Source of the DNA: Eledone cirrhosa
Lineage: Eukaryota
Reading direction: 5' to 3'
Assembly: GCA_964016885.1 (NCBI GenBank)
Contig: OZ024761.1
Location: 29,016,001-29,080,000, forward strand
DNA length: 64,000 bases
Both the position numbers and the translations under genes were made by a program. Positions 1-12,051 of the stretch are shown here, in pieces. Every line of letters begins with the position of its first letter. Within the stretch, counting starts at the first letter, position 1. Under the pieces are notes generated by a model that was not told where the DNA came from, did no database searches, and was given only the letters and a program-made list of their open reading frames with translations.

Positions 1-163
1 GGTGGTGGTGTTGGCGGTGTAGTTGGTGGTGGTGTTGGTGGTGTTGGTGGTGTTGGTGGTGGTGTTGGTGGAGGTGTAATTGGTGGTGGTGTTGGTGGTG
101 TAGTTGGTGGTGGTGTTGGTGGTGATGGCGGTGTAGTTGGTCGTGGTGGTGGTGGTGGTGGTG
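1..163. repeat. (GGT)n-rich simple repeat
   Basis: Degenerate GGT/GTT trinucleotide run. Confidence 0.9.
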
Positions 164-247
164 TAAACAATGTGGATATGTATGTGTGGGGAAGAGGCAT
201 TAAAGCCACTTAGACCTGATAGGGTTTATAGGATCCACAAGATAATC

Positions 248-1492
248 CACCATCTCAATCACCACCACCATCACCATTAATACCACTAATACCATCACCA
301 CCACCATCACCATTATCACCACCACCATCACCATTAATACCACTAATACCATCACCACTATTACAACCACCATTATCACCACCACCATCACCATTAATAC
401 CACTAATACCACCACCATCACCATTATCACCACCACCATCACCATTAATACCACTAATACCATCACCACCACCATCACCATTAATACCACTAATACCATC
501 ACCACCACCATCACCATTATCACCACCACCATCACCATTAATACCACTAATACCATCACCACCATCATCACCATTAATATCATCATTAATATCACCAATA
601 CTAACACTAATACCACCGCCACTAATATGAATGACAACCACCACCACCACCAATACCATCACCACCATCACAGCCAATACCATCAATACCACTACCACTG
701 CCACTAATACACACTACCACCATCACCAATACCACCACCACCACCAATACCATCACCACCACCATTAATATCACAACCACTACCACCAATACCATCAGTA
801 CCCCCACCATCACCATCAATTCCATCAATACCACTACCACTAATACCACCACCTCCACCATCACAACCAATAGCACCACCCCCACCACCACCACCACCAC
901 CATCACAACCAATACCATCCCACCTCCACCACCACCTTCACAACCAATACCACCACCACCACCATCACAACCAATACCATCATCACCACCACCACCATCA
1001 CAACCAATACCATCACAACCAATACCATCACAACCAATACCACCACCACCGCCACCATGACAACCAATACCATCATCACCACCACCACCATCACGACCAA
1101 CACCATCACAACCAATACCACCACCACCACCACAACTAATACCACCACCACCACCACCATCACAACCAATACCACCACCACCGCAACCAATACCACCACC
1201 ACCACCATCGCAACCAATACCACCACCACCACCATCACAACCAATACCACCACCACCACCACAACCAACACCATCACCACCACCACCACCACCACCATCA
1301 CAACCAATACCATCACAACCAATACCATCACAACCAATACCATCACAACCAATACCACCACCACCACCATGACAACCAATACCATCACCACCACCACCAC
1401 CATCACAACCAATACCACCACCACCACCATTACAACCAATACCATCACAACCAATACCATCACAACCAATACCACCACCACCACCACCACCA
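248..1492. repeat. (CAC/ACC)-rich minisatellite/low-complexity tract
   Basis: Reiterated CACCACCATCACCATTAATACCACTAATAC and CATCACAACCAATAC units; ORFs here are poly-G/V/T artefacts. Confidence 0.9.
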
Positions 1493-1789
1493 CACTTCAC
1501 TTCCACAATTCATGTCACAAACAATAAGAAGAAAGAATAATGAAATTCAAGGCAATGACTATGGTGACAACAACAACAACAACAACAATAATATATTCTC
1601 AAACGATTTTCTATTGTCGGCGTGGAGGGCCACAGTTGCTGAGGGGACAGTATTAAGATGAAATATAAAAGAAAGCAAAGAGCATAAAAAAAAGACAGCA
1701 ACAGATGAAAAAATAAAACCTCATTGAAGGAAAGATTTCCATTGAAATTAGAGTGAGGTCAACAGCAACAACAGTCACAACAACAGTAA

Positions 1790-2683
1790 TTGTTTCTACG
1801 TTTGGCACAAGGCCAGCAATTACCCAGTACATTACTGGTACTTTATTTTATCGACCCCGTAAGGATGAAAGGCAAAGCTAACCTCGGCGGCATTTGTACC
1901 CAGTACATTACTGGTACTTTATTTCATCGACCCCGTAAGGATGAAAAGCAAAGCTAACCTCGGCGGCATTTGTACCCAGTACATTACTGGTACTTTATTT
2001 CATCGACCCCGTAAGGATGAAAAGCAAAGCTAACCTCGGCGGCATTTGTACCCAGTACATTACTGGTACTTTATTTCATCGACCCCGTAAGGATGAAAAG
2101 CAAAGCTAACCTCGGCGGCATTTGTACCCAGTACATTACTGGTACTTTATTTCATCGACCCCGTAAGGATGAAAAGCAAAGCTAACCTCGGCGGCATTTG
2201 TACCCAGTACATTACTGGTACTTTATTTCATCGACCCCGTAAGGATGAAAAGCAAAGCTAACCTCGGCGGCATTTGTACCCAGTACATTACTGGTACTTT
2301 ATTTCATCGACCCCGTAAGGATGAAAAGCAAAGCTAACCTCGGCGGCATTTGTACCCAGTACATTACTGGTACTTTATTTCATCGACCCCGTAAGGATGA
2401 AAGGCAAAGCTAACCTCGGCGGCATTTGTACCCAGTACATTACTGGTACTTTATTTCATCGACCCCGTAACTGGTACTTTATTTTATCGACCCCGTAAGG
2501 ATGAAAAGCAAAGCTAACCTCGGCGGCATTTGTACCCAGTACATTACTGGTACTTTATTTCATTGACCCCCGTAAGCATGAAAGGCAAAGTCAACCTCGG
2601 CGGGATTTGAACTCAGATCGTAAAGGGACGTAACTCTACGCTGGAAAGCATGGCGTCCGACCCTCTACCGATACTGCCAATCC
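1790..2683 (-). mobile_element. tRNA-derived SINE (family S1) with an internal 76-bp segment amplified about 10x in tandem
   Basis: Head at ~2683-2600 (minus: GGATTGGCAGTATCGGTAGAG...GAGTTCAAATCCCGCC, A/B-box-like); tail TGCTGGCCTTGTGCCAAA at ~1800-1820; unit starts at 1821, 1897, 1973, 2049, 2125, 2201, 2277, 2353, 2429, 2533. Confidence 0.85.
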
Positions 2684-2689
2684 CCCTAA

Positions 2690-2900
2690 TAATAGTAATG
2701 ATGATCATCATGGTCGTCGTCGTGGTCATCATCATGATCATCATCGTCATCATCATCGTCATCATCGTCATCATCATCGTCATCATCATCATCATCAACA
2801 ACAACAACGTCGTCAACATCACCATCATCGTCGTCATCATCATCATCATTGTCATCATCAACATCGTCATCATCATCGTTTAACGTCAATGATGATGACA
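2690..2900. repeat. (CAT/CGT)n microsatellite
   Basis: Direct reading. Confidence 0.9.
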
Positions 2901-3336
2901 CTAATGGTGTCTACTCTAGGCCCAAGGCCAGCAATTTGAGGAAGGAGAGGGGAAAGTCGATTAAATCGACCCCAGGGGATAATAACGACATTGAACAATG
3001 TGTTTCAATGTGTAAACAATGTGTAACAATTAAGAGTATAGAATGGCAAGATTAAGAGTATAGAATGGCAAGATTTGTGAAAGAAAGGACCTCGACAATG
3101 AGAGGAGCAACTACATAGAGTGATTAAGAACATCTCAGACACACAGACACACACACAGACACACTCATATACTCATACAATCCTCCCCCCACCCCCAGGG
3201 ATTAACCCTAACACACCAGAGTTAAGTACTTTCTCAGAGCTCTTTACTGCCAGATTACACGCACAAAACATCATTTTCCAACTATGTATGTGTGTATGTA
3301 CACATGTATGTATGCATCTTGTATGTATGTGGGTGT

Positions 3337-3375
<39 letters not shown>

Positions 3376-3503
3376 TATGTGTGTATGTGTGTATGTATGT
3401 ATGTATGTATGTATGTGTGTATGTATGTATGTGTGTATGTATGTATGTATGTATGTGTGTATGTATGTATGTATGTATGTATGTATGTATGTATGTATGT
3501 ATG

Positions 3504-3823
3504 TTCTCTCTTTCTCTTAATTTCGAGTATATTTTTTTTGACCGGCCACCTTCCTGGTGGCAAGGTTGTAAAAGAAAAGAAATTGTCATCCCTTGAATCG
3601 CAAGAATGTTTTGCAAATTTTGAAGGTGCCAGCTATCGCAGCCATTTGTAGACTATGAATTAGGGAGCTGCGCTTTTTGTCCGCAAATCCAAGTTCAGTC
3701 ATACATTGGTCCAAGCGGGTTGGTATATAACCCGTAGCTCCAATAATGATGGTATGAAGCTAAAGGTGTATCTTGAATACTGGATTTGTAAACTCCTCAT
3801 CAATGGTCCGTAGATGTCCTCCT
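3504..3823 (-). mobile_element. 5'-truncated R4/Dong-like (RLE) non-LTR retrotransposon 3' end inserted in (TACA)n
   Basis: Reverse complement of 43611-43936; encodes DIYGPLMRSLQIQYSRYTFSF..IIGATGYIPTRLDQC..LG, like RLE C-termini; (TATG)n on both flanks. Confidence 0.6.
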
Positions 3824-3904
3824 TATGTATGTATGCATGTATGTATGTTTGTGTGTATGTATGTATGTTTGTATGCATGTATGTGAGTGTGTGTGTATAT
3901 AATA

Positions 3905-4333
3905 ATGGTCGGGTTGTTGGCGACTAAACCAGGCGGGATGAAATACAAGATCCGGCAAAGGGCTGAGGAACTCAGCAGAGTCAACGGCCATCCAGATAGT
4001 ACTTTTTTTTATTTTACCTGGGAGTGAAAGGCCCCCCCAGTTGTTGTTACAACACCTTACTGGGAGAGGGAAACTCTGAAAAAAAACCCTGTGGTTTCGG
4101 AAGCATCTGATGATGTTGACCAGTTCTCCTTTTCGGGTGGTGATTTCGATGCTCAGAGAGTGGGATTGGTCGAGTGCAAGGCCTTTCCCCACTTAAAAAA
4201 CCCTTCAAAGCACCGACATTGCTTGTTAAGGATATATTACAGGTTAGTGTAGCTGGCCGTAGCCTAAAAGTACACCATTTTCTGTAATCTGACTAGCGAT
4301 TGCAATACTCTCAGCAGAGTTTGTAGCCATCAT
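3905..4333 (+). mobile_element. Non-autonomous interspersed repeat, probably RTE-UTR-derived; related to 63164-63512
   Basis: Shares TGGTC.GGTTGT..GCGACTAAAC, GGAACTCA..AGAGTCAAC.GCCATCCA and CACTTAAAAAA blocks with 63164-63512; GGAGAGGGAAACTCTGA motif. Confidence 0.5.
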
Positions 4334-4783
4334 ATCATGTATATATGTATATATGAATGTATAAATGTACCAGTAATACACGGGGAGACAGTTCTGTTGC
4401 TTCCATCAACCACATCACTCATCATCAACAACAACAAACGTCAGAATTATAAAGGAAACACTGCAAGTGAGAGGAATCAACTGTCACAATAGACCTAACT
4501 AATATCATCCTTATTACAAGTACAGTCATTATTAGAGTTCGGATTATTGCCTTGGTTTTGTCTATTGCTTTTGGTGTGTCTGTGTATGTGTGACAGTGTG
4601 TGTGTGTCTGAGGCATGTGTGTGTGAATGTAAGTGTGTGTTTATGGCATGTGTGTGTGAGTGGTGTGTGTGTGTGTATGTGACAGTGTGTGTGTGTCTCA
4701 GGCATGTGTGTGTGAATGTAAGTGTGTGTCTATGGCATGTGTGTGTGAATGTAAGTGTATGTCTATGGCATGCGTGTGTGAGT

Positions 4784-4820
<37 letters not shown>

Positions 4821-5745
4821 CTCAGGGTGTGTGTGTGAGTGTGTATGTGTATGACGTGTCTATGTGTGATTGAATGAGTGTGAATGTGCAGTGCATGTGT
4901 GTGTGCAAGTGTGTGTGTTTGGTGTATATGTGTGGCATGTCAATGCGTGATTGAGTGTGTGTATGTGTGTGTGTCAACATTGTGTGTCTGTGTAACTGTG
5001 AATGTGTGTGTGTCTGTGTGTGTGTGTATGTGTGTGTGTGTGTGTGTGAAGGAGGGGGAGTCTTTCATTATTTATTAATTAATGCTTTTGTTTGTTTGTT
5101 GTTGTTGTTGTTGTTATTTCCACCTGCAGAGCACTTGACATGATTAAATAGAGAGGGGGTGGGTGCTGGCAGTGGTGGTGTGGTGCTTATGGTGGTGGTG
5201 TTAGTGGTGATGCTGGTGGTAGTGGTGGTGGTGATGGTGGTGTTAGTGGTGCTGGTGGTAGTGGTGTTAGTGGTGCTGGTCGTAGTGGTGCTGGTGGTGG
5301 TGCTGGTGCTGGTGGTGTTAGTGGTGCAGGTGGTAGTGGTGTTAGTGGTGGTGGTGGTGTTAGTGGTGGTGCTAGTAGTAAGTAGAACTATGAAAACAAT
5401 AGAGAAATGCATTAAAATGTGACAAACCAATGAATGGATGAGAGAGAGAGAGAGGGCGTGAGTGAGAGAGAGAGCAGTTTTGTTTAGAATAAATGAGGAA
5501 TAAATGAGGTATAAATAGCCTTATATTGTATTATATATATATTATATATATATATTATATATATATTATATATATATATTATATATATATTATATATATA
5601 CATACATGAACACATATATATATATGTACGTATGGATTCACCGAACATTTATTATAATGCTCGGTGTGTTTGTAAACAAACATCCCGTATTAAGCCGTAG
5701 TGTCTAGCAACAATCGTTGCTCGTTTGTTCAACACTGACAAAGGA

Positions 5746-5788
5746 ATGCTGTACTAGTTTCAAGCTTATTAGCTATCGCCAGCAACGT
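5746..5788 (-). ncRNA. Hammerhead ribozyme copy with core mutation (CUGGCGA)
   Basis: Minus: ACGTTG CTGGCGA TAGCTAATAAGCTT GAAA CTAG TA CAGCAT; A6 changed to G. Confidence 0.6.
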
Positions 5789-6043
5789 ATACCTTCCTGC
5801 CAGATGGTTGAACGTCTGAAAATATATACTTTTCTTATGCATATTAACGGCCGAGCAGCCTAATTTCATTTCGAGTGGGTTAATCGGCCGTTCTAAGAGT
5901 GGGAAATGAAATTTCGTTTCATTTTTTCCGTTTATCGTTTTCGGTGATTAACCCACTCGATATGCAAATTAGGCTGCTCAGCCGTTAATATGCATAAGGA
6001 AAGTATATATTTTCAGACGTTCAATCATCTGGCAGGAAGGTAT

Positions 6044-6086
6044 ACGTTGCTGACGATAGCTTATAAGCTTGAAACTAGTACAGCGT
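6044..6086 (+). ncRNA. Type-I minimal hammerhead ribozyme
   Basis: ACGTTG CTGACGA(6050-56) T AGCT-TATA-AGCT T GAAA(6071-74) CTAG TA^ CAGCGT; stem I ACGTTG/CAGCGT, palindromic stem III ACTAGT; predicted cut after 6080. Confidence 0.8.
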
Positions 6087-6361
6087 TCCTTTGTCAGTGT
6101 TGAACAAAAGAGCAACGATGGTTGCTAGACACTACGGCTTAATACGGGATGTTTGTTTACAAACACGCTGAGCATTATAATAAATGTTCGGTGAATCCAT
6201 ACGTACATATATATATGTGTGCATGTATGTATATATATATACATACTAATGTACGTCTGTATACATATATGTATGTACGTATACATACTTATATTTAAGT
6301 AACAACCGTACTAAGAGTGGGAAATGAAATTTCGTTTCATTTTTTCCGTTTATATTATATA

Positions 6362-6545
6362 TATATATATAATAAAACAGAGAATGTCTGTCTGTCTGAC
6401 TCCCTAAAACTCAAGAACCACCAAACCGATTTTTTTCAAACTTTACACATGTAATACTTATGGTCCTGTGAGTGTTTTGAGCAAAGAATATTTCAAATTT
6501 TCAATGCCTTAGGGACCGAATTAGGAGATTTAGCGATCTCTCTCT
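6362..6545 (+). mobile_element. Possible non-autonomous Helitron-like fragment (5' part)
   Basis: TATATAATAAAA...(TGTC)n...AAAACTCAAGAACCACCAAACCGATTTT...AAACTTTACAC resembles common invertebrate Helitron-derived 5' ends; recalled similarity only. Confidence 0.35.
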
Positions 6546-6812
6546 ATAATTCTTAGTCTTTCTTTTTAGATAGATACATAGATATAACGTTGCGCCCTTA
6601 TAATATCTGTCTGGCTGTCTGCATTACGACATTATGACGCTATATGTGTGTGTGTGTGTGTGTGTGTATGTATATATAATGTGTGTAATATATAATAAAC
6701 AATACAATATAATTACCTCATTACCAGAGGTTTCCCGAATAAAACGAATACGAAAAACGTCCTCATTCGTTCATCGGACAAGGCAATATAATGTGTGTGT
6801 ATATATATATAT

Positions 6813-7149
6813 GGAGGCACATGGCTTAGTGGTTAGAGCATTGGCCTTGCAATCGAAAGGTTGTGAGTTCAATTCTCAGACCGGGTGATGTGTTGTTTCC
6901 TTGAGCAAGACACTTTATTTCACATTGCTCTAGTTTACTCAGCTGTAGAAATGAGATGATAGGGACTGGAGTCCCTATCATTCCACTGCAAAGGGGTCGT
7001 GTAGGTGCCACGGAAAAAAAGCACCCAGCACTCACTGTAAATGAGGTTGGTGTTAGGAAGAGCATCCAGCTGTAGAAATCATGCAGAATCAGTTCCCGTC
7101 TCACCCTTGCAAAGCAGGGAAAAGCGGATGTAAAATGATGATGATGATG
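6813..7149 (+). mobile_element. tRNA-derived CORE-type SINE (family S2, OR2-like) with (TGA)n tail
   Basis: A box TGGCTTAGTGG, B box GAGTTCAATTC, CORE-like TCCTTGAGCAAGACACTT, GTTGGTGTTAGGAAG.GCATCCAGC tail; near-identical to 33231-33632. Confidence 0.85.
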
Positions 7150-7227
7150 ATATATATATATATATATATATATAGTGAGTAACTTTTTTCGAAATATTTA
7201 CTTCTGCGTTCACAGATTGATTTTTTT

Positions 7228-7278
7228 AGTTTCAGAAGATCCCGTTAAGGGTGAAAGCAGCGATTCGTTGCTTAAACT
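7228..7278 (+). ncRNA. Type-I hammerhead motif with U4A mutation, in a ~120-bp insert (7174-7296) between (TA)n tracts
   Basis: AGTTT CAGAAGA T CCC-GTTAA-GGG T GAAA GCAGCG-ATT-CGTTGC TT^ AAACT; all three stems pair; 3'-end fragment recurs inverted at ~47583-47606. Confidence 0.65.
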
Positions 7279-7294
7279 TTAATCTGTTATTTTA

Positions 7295-7325
<31 letters not shown>

Positions 7326-7549
7326 ATCTTCAAAGATTTCTATCTGATGAGCCACCATCATCAGAAAAGCAGTAACAGTGACACTTCTACCAGGAGATGT
7401 GACTGACAGATTTCTAATTTAGACACAAGTCCAAACAATCTATAGGGTAGTAGGCGTCCATATGTAAGGGTTGGCATGAATACCATATTTGAATCTTGAA
7501 TAATGACCAAACAAATACAAATGCATGGGGGGGGGGGGGGTTTCCCCAA

Positions 7550-7860
7550 AGAAGAGATGTTCCGAGATCAGACAGTTGCTCCAGGTAGTGTCGCGACTTC
7601 TCTGAGTTGAGAAATCACAGCTCCGATATGACAGGTATGTGGTGAGAATGTATATAGAGAAAGAATAGTTGGATGGATTTTTATGGGCGAAACCCAACTG
7701 ACAAGGAGACCTCAGGGGGTAGACCACTGAGCAAGATGGCGGTGATTTTGGCTGGGCTTGCTTGAGGATCCAGGCGGATCAATTGGAGATGGTTGCTTCT
7801 GACAGGACCTGCTGGAAGGAGTGTTTGAGGACTCTGCTCGCAGAGATCAAGAGGACTTGA
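7550..7860 (+). mobile_element. Degenerate RTE-clade (Expander/Rex3-like) LINE 3' end
   Basis: Frameshifted translation SEIRQLLQV..LL*VEKSQLRY..VVRM...RPQGRP...IQADQLEMVASDRTCWKECL; homologous to 28905-29200 (minus). Confidence 0.55.
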
Positions 7861-8105
7861 TCTCAGCAAGATTTCAACACAGAATGTAAAGAGCGAGAAT
7901 AAATACTGCAAGGCATTTTAATCGTTAGTCTTAATGACTCTAGCTCCACTAATTAATGGTAATAACAACATCAGGTAACAATAATAAAAGACTAGAAAAA
8001 TGATGAGAAAAGATAACTATTCAAATATAGAGAAAACTCCCAGGTTTTACTTCAGGATAAAGCAAGGTCAATGACCTTGCTTTATGTCTCACATACACAC
8101 ACACA

Positions 8106-8167
<62 letters not shown>

Positions 8168-8261
8168 CATATAGACACAGAGAAACACACACAGACACGC
8201 TCATAAACACAGACACACATATAAACATATGTTCATAAATATACATGTAGATCAATAAATA

Positions 8262-8325
<64 letters not shown>

Positions 8326-8332
8326 TATTTAT

Positions 8333-8396
<64 letters not shown>

Positions 8397-8542
8397 ATAT
8401 ATATATATATGTGTGTGTGTAACATCTATTTGCGCATTTGTGTCTGTTTGGTTAGCTAATAATCTTTATTCCAGAGATGGCAAGCAATAAACACTTTAAA
8501 CACTCAACACACCTGTACACACACACACATACACACACACAC

Positions 8543-8585
<43 letters not shown>

Positions 8586-10436
8586 TATATATATATATAC
8601 ACACACACACATATATATATATACACATACACACACACACACATAAATATATACGCACACACACACACCTATATACACACACACACATATATACACACAC
8701 CCACACCTATATACACACACATATATACACACACACAGACAGACAAACAAACAACTGAGTGTGTCCGTGTGTGTCTGTGTGTGTGTATGTGTGTATGTGT
8801 GTCTGTGTGTGTATGTGTATGTGTGTGTATGTACTTGAAGATCAGTGACTCCAGGACTCATTATTTAGATTGAATCTTCAGATATCAAATGATGTTGGTC
8901 TTTAATAAACGAACACAGAAATATCTCAGTGGCTTTGCCATGGAGGGGGAGGTGGTGGTGGTGGTGGTGGTGGTGGTAGTGGTGATAGTGGTGGGAGATG
9001 TGATAGTGGCGGGTGGTGGTGGGAGGTAGTGGTGGTGATAGTGGCGAGTGGTGGTGGTGGTGGTGGTGGTGGTGGTGTTGGTGGTGGTGGTGGTGGTGAT
9101 AGTGGTGGGAGATGTGATAGTGGCGGGTGGTGGTGGGAGGTAGTGGTGGTGATAGTGGCGAGTGGTGGTGGTGGTGGTGGTGATAGTGGTGGGAGGTGAT
9201 GGGCGGTTGTGGTGGGAGGTGTGGCAGTGAAGGGTGGTGGTGGTGGTGTTGGTGGTCGTTATGGTGGTGGTGGTGGTGGTGGTGGTGTTGGTGGTGGTCG
9301 TTATGGTGGTGGTGGTGATGGTGGTGCTGTTGGTGGTGGTGGTGGTGGTGATAGAGGTTCTGGGGATGGTGGTGGTAGTGGTGGTGGTGTTGGTGGTGAT
9401 GTTGGTGGTAGTGGAGGTGATGTCAGTGGTGGTGGTAGTCATTGTGGTGGTGGTGGTATCAGTTGTGGAGTAGTAGGGTGGAGGGCTAGGGTTGATGACT
9501 GGTGTGGAGGGGGTGGTGTTGAGCGGTAGGGTGGAGAGGTTTGTGTGGAGGGTTAGGATAGGTAGAAGGGTAGAGTGGAGGGGGTGGAGTCGTGGAGGTG
9601 GGGATAGGGTGGAAGGGTGGAAATGGAGGGGTGGATTGGAGGGGTAGGGTAGAGGGATAGGGTGTGGATCCCCCCCTCCCGTGGTGGCAGCGCCCCCTCC
9701 ACTACACCCCACCCGGTACCTCACACACACTGACTTCACGTAATTATCATCTGTCACCTTCAATCGAAGGCAGAGGTGGGGATGGAGTGGACGGCTGGGG
9801 TGTGGTGGAGCAGTAGGGTGTAGGGGTGGTGTGGAGGGGGTAGGGTACAGGGGTAATGGGGAGGGCCGGGGAGGGTGGCCAGCATCTCACATACATTGAC
9901 TTCACCTGTCACCTTCAATCGAGGGGTGAGGTATGTGGAGTGGAGCGGAAGGGTAGAATGGTTGGGGTGGGGTGGTGGTGTGGAAGGTTAGGGTAGCGGG
10001 GGGTAGGAAGGAGGGCTGGGGGGAGTGGGGGGTGGGGTGGCTAACACCTCACACACTTCATGACTTCGTGTAATTGTCACCTGTCACCTTTAATCTTGTT
10101 TATTGTATGACAAACAAACAAACAAGAGAGTGACAAGGGAGAGAAAGAGGCATTTAATCTTCCCCGCCTCCCCCTCATCATCATCATCATCCTCATCATC
10201 TATTGGCCATCACCATCATCATCATTGTCTATTGGCCATCACCATCATCATCATCATCATCATTGTCCATAAGCCAACATCCTCATCGATCATCATCATC
10301 CATTGGCCATTATCATCTGCCTATCACCATCACCATCCTCATCATCATCACCATCACCATCATCATCATCACCATCATCATCATCACCATCATCACCATC
10401 ATCATCACCATCATCATCCTCATCATCACCATCATC

Positions 10437-10467
<31 letters not shown>

Positions 10468-10934
10468 CCATCACCATCACCATCATCACCATCCTCATCA
10501 TCACCATCCTCACCATCCTCATCATCACCATCATCACCATCATCATCATCACCATCATCATCACCATCATCATCATCACCATCACCATCATCACCATCAC
10601 CATCATCATCATCACCCTCATGATAACCATAACCATCATCATTCCACCATTACCATCATCACCATCACCATCACCATCACCATTAGCATCATCATCATAA
10701 TCATCATCATCAACAACTTCATCATCCTACATCATTATCTCTCTCTCCCCCCCTCTCTCTCTCTCTCTCCGCCACTCTCTCCCCCTCTCTCTCCCCCTCT
10801 ACCACTACAGCCACCTCTAATCATGATGACCTTGTGTAATAAATAAGCAATAAAAATGGATCTGTGTATGATGGTGGCGATGGGGGGGGGGGCACTGATC
10901 AGGTGGTGTGGTGGTGTGGTGGTGTGGTGGTGGT

Positions 10935-11925
10935 GGTGGTGGTGTCAGGTGGTGGTGTTGTTGTTGCTGTGGTGGTGGTGGTGGTGTCAGGTGGTGGTGT
11001 TGTTGTTGCTGTGGTGGTGGTGGTGTGGTGGTTGTGGTGTCAGGTGGTGGTGTTGTTGTTGCTGTGGTGGTGGTGGTGGTGTCAGGTGGTGGTGTTGTTG
11101 TTGCTGTGGTGGTGGTGGTGTGGTGGTTGTGGTGTCAGGTGGTGGTGTTGTTGTTGCTGTGGTGGTGGTGGTGGTGTCAGGTGGTGGTGTTGTTGTTACT
11201 GTGGTGGTGGTGGTGGTGTCAGGTGGTGGTGTCAGGTGGTGGTGTTGTTGTTGCTGTGGTGGTGGTGGTGGTGTCAGGTGGTGGTGTTGTTGTTGCTGTG
11301 GTGGTGGTGGTGTGGTGGTTGTGGTGTCAGGTGGTGGTGTTGTTGTTGCTGTGGTGGTGGTGGTGGTGTCAGGTGGTGGTGTTGTTGTTGCTGTGGTGGT
11401 GGTGGTGTGGTGGTTGTGGTGTCAGGTGGTGGTGTTGTTGTTGCTGTGGTGGTGGTGGTGGTGTCAGGTGGTGGTGTTGTTGTTGCTGTGGTGGTGGTGG
11501 TGTGGTGGTTGTGGTGTCAGGTGGTGGTGTTGTTGTTGCTGTGGTGGTGGTGGTGGTGTCAGGTGGTGGTGTTGTTGTTGCTGTGGTGGTGGTGGTGTGG
11601 TGGTGGTGGTGTCAGGTGGTGGTGTTGTTGTTGCTGTGGTGGTGGTGGTGGTGTCAGGTGGTGGTGTTGTTGTTGCTGTGGTGGTGGTGGTGTGGTGGTT
11701 GTGGTGTCAGGTGGTGGTGTTGTTGTTGCTGTGGTGGTGGTGGTGGTGTCAGGTGGTGGTGTTGTTGTTGCTGTGGTGGTGGTGGTGTGGTGGTTGTGGT
11801 GTCAGGTGGTGGTGTTGTTGTTGCTGTGGTGGTGGTGGTGGTGTCAGGTGGTGGTGTTGTTGTTACTGTGGTGGTGGTGGTGGTGTCAGGTGGTGGTGTT
11901 GTTGTTGCTGTGGTGGTGGTGGTGG
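10935..11925. repeat. GT-rich minisatellite of ~36- and ~45-nt units alternating in an ~81-nt higher-order repeat
   Basis: GGTGTCAGGTGGTGGTGTTGTTGTTGCTGTGGTGGTGGTGGT repeated >20 times; the 661-aa ORF is an artefact. Confidence 0.9.
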
Positions 11926-11999
11926 TAATGGTGTTTGTGGTGTTGATGAGTGTTTCCATGTGAAAGAATATGAAGAGGTGGATATCAGAATTGGTAGGG

Positions 12000-12020
12000 T
12001 GTTGTTGTTGTTGTTGTTGG

Positions 12021-12051
<31 letters not shown>

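Larger units (their letters stand above)
5601..6353 (+). mobile_element. Fold-back hammerhead element family A (Penelope-like/retrozyme, non-autonomous)
   Basis: Inverted arms ~5601-5885 and 5946-6229 (about 11 mismatches); spacer 5888-5935 repeats the 3' end 6306-6353; (TA)n on both sides; second copy at 17422-17840. Confidence 0.8.

Noticed and set aside
1821-2612. 76-bp array as a tRNA gene cluster or CRISPR
   Set aside because: No spacers and no cloverleaf; the unit is an internal SINE segment.
5893-5925. CTAAGAG-TGG-GAAA-stem-TT as a second hammerhead in family A
   Set aside because: Lacks G5, has no stem II and no stem I pairing in any of the three copies.
5601-6229. Arm mismatches as a record of A-to-I editing
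   Set aside because: Mismatches are a mix of transitions and transversions with no A-to-G bias.
6813-6885. tRNA genes at SINE heads (also 14128, 33231)
   Set aside because: A/B boxes run directly into SINE bodies; these are tRNA-derived heads.
7340-7380. CTGATGAG...GAAA
   Set aside because: CTGATGA pairs with downstream TCATCAG; stems I and III do not form.
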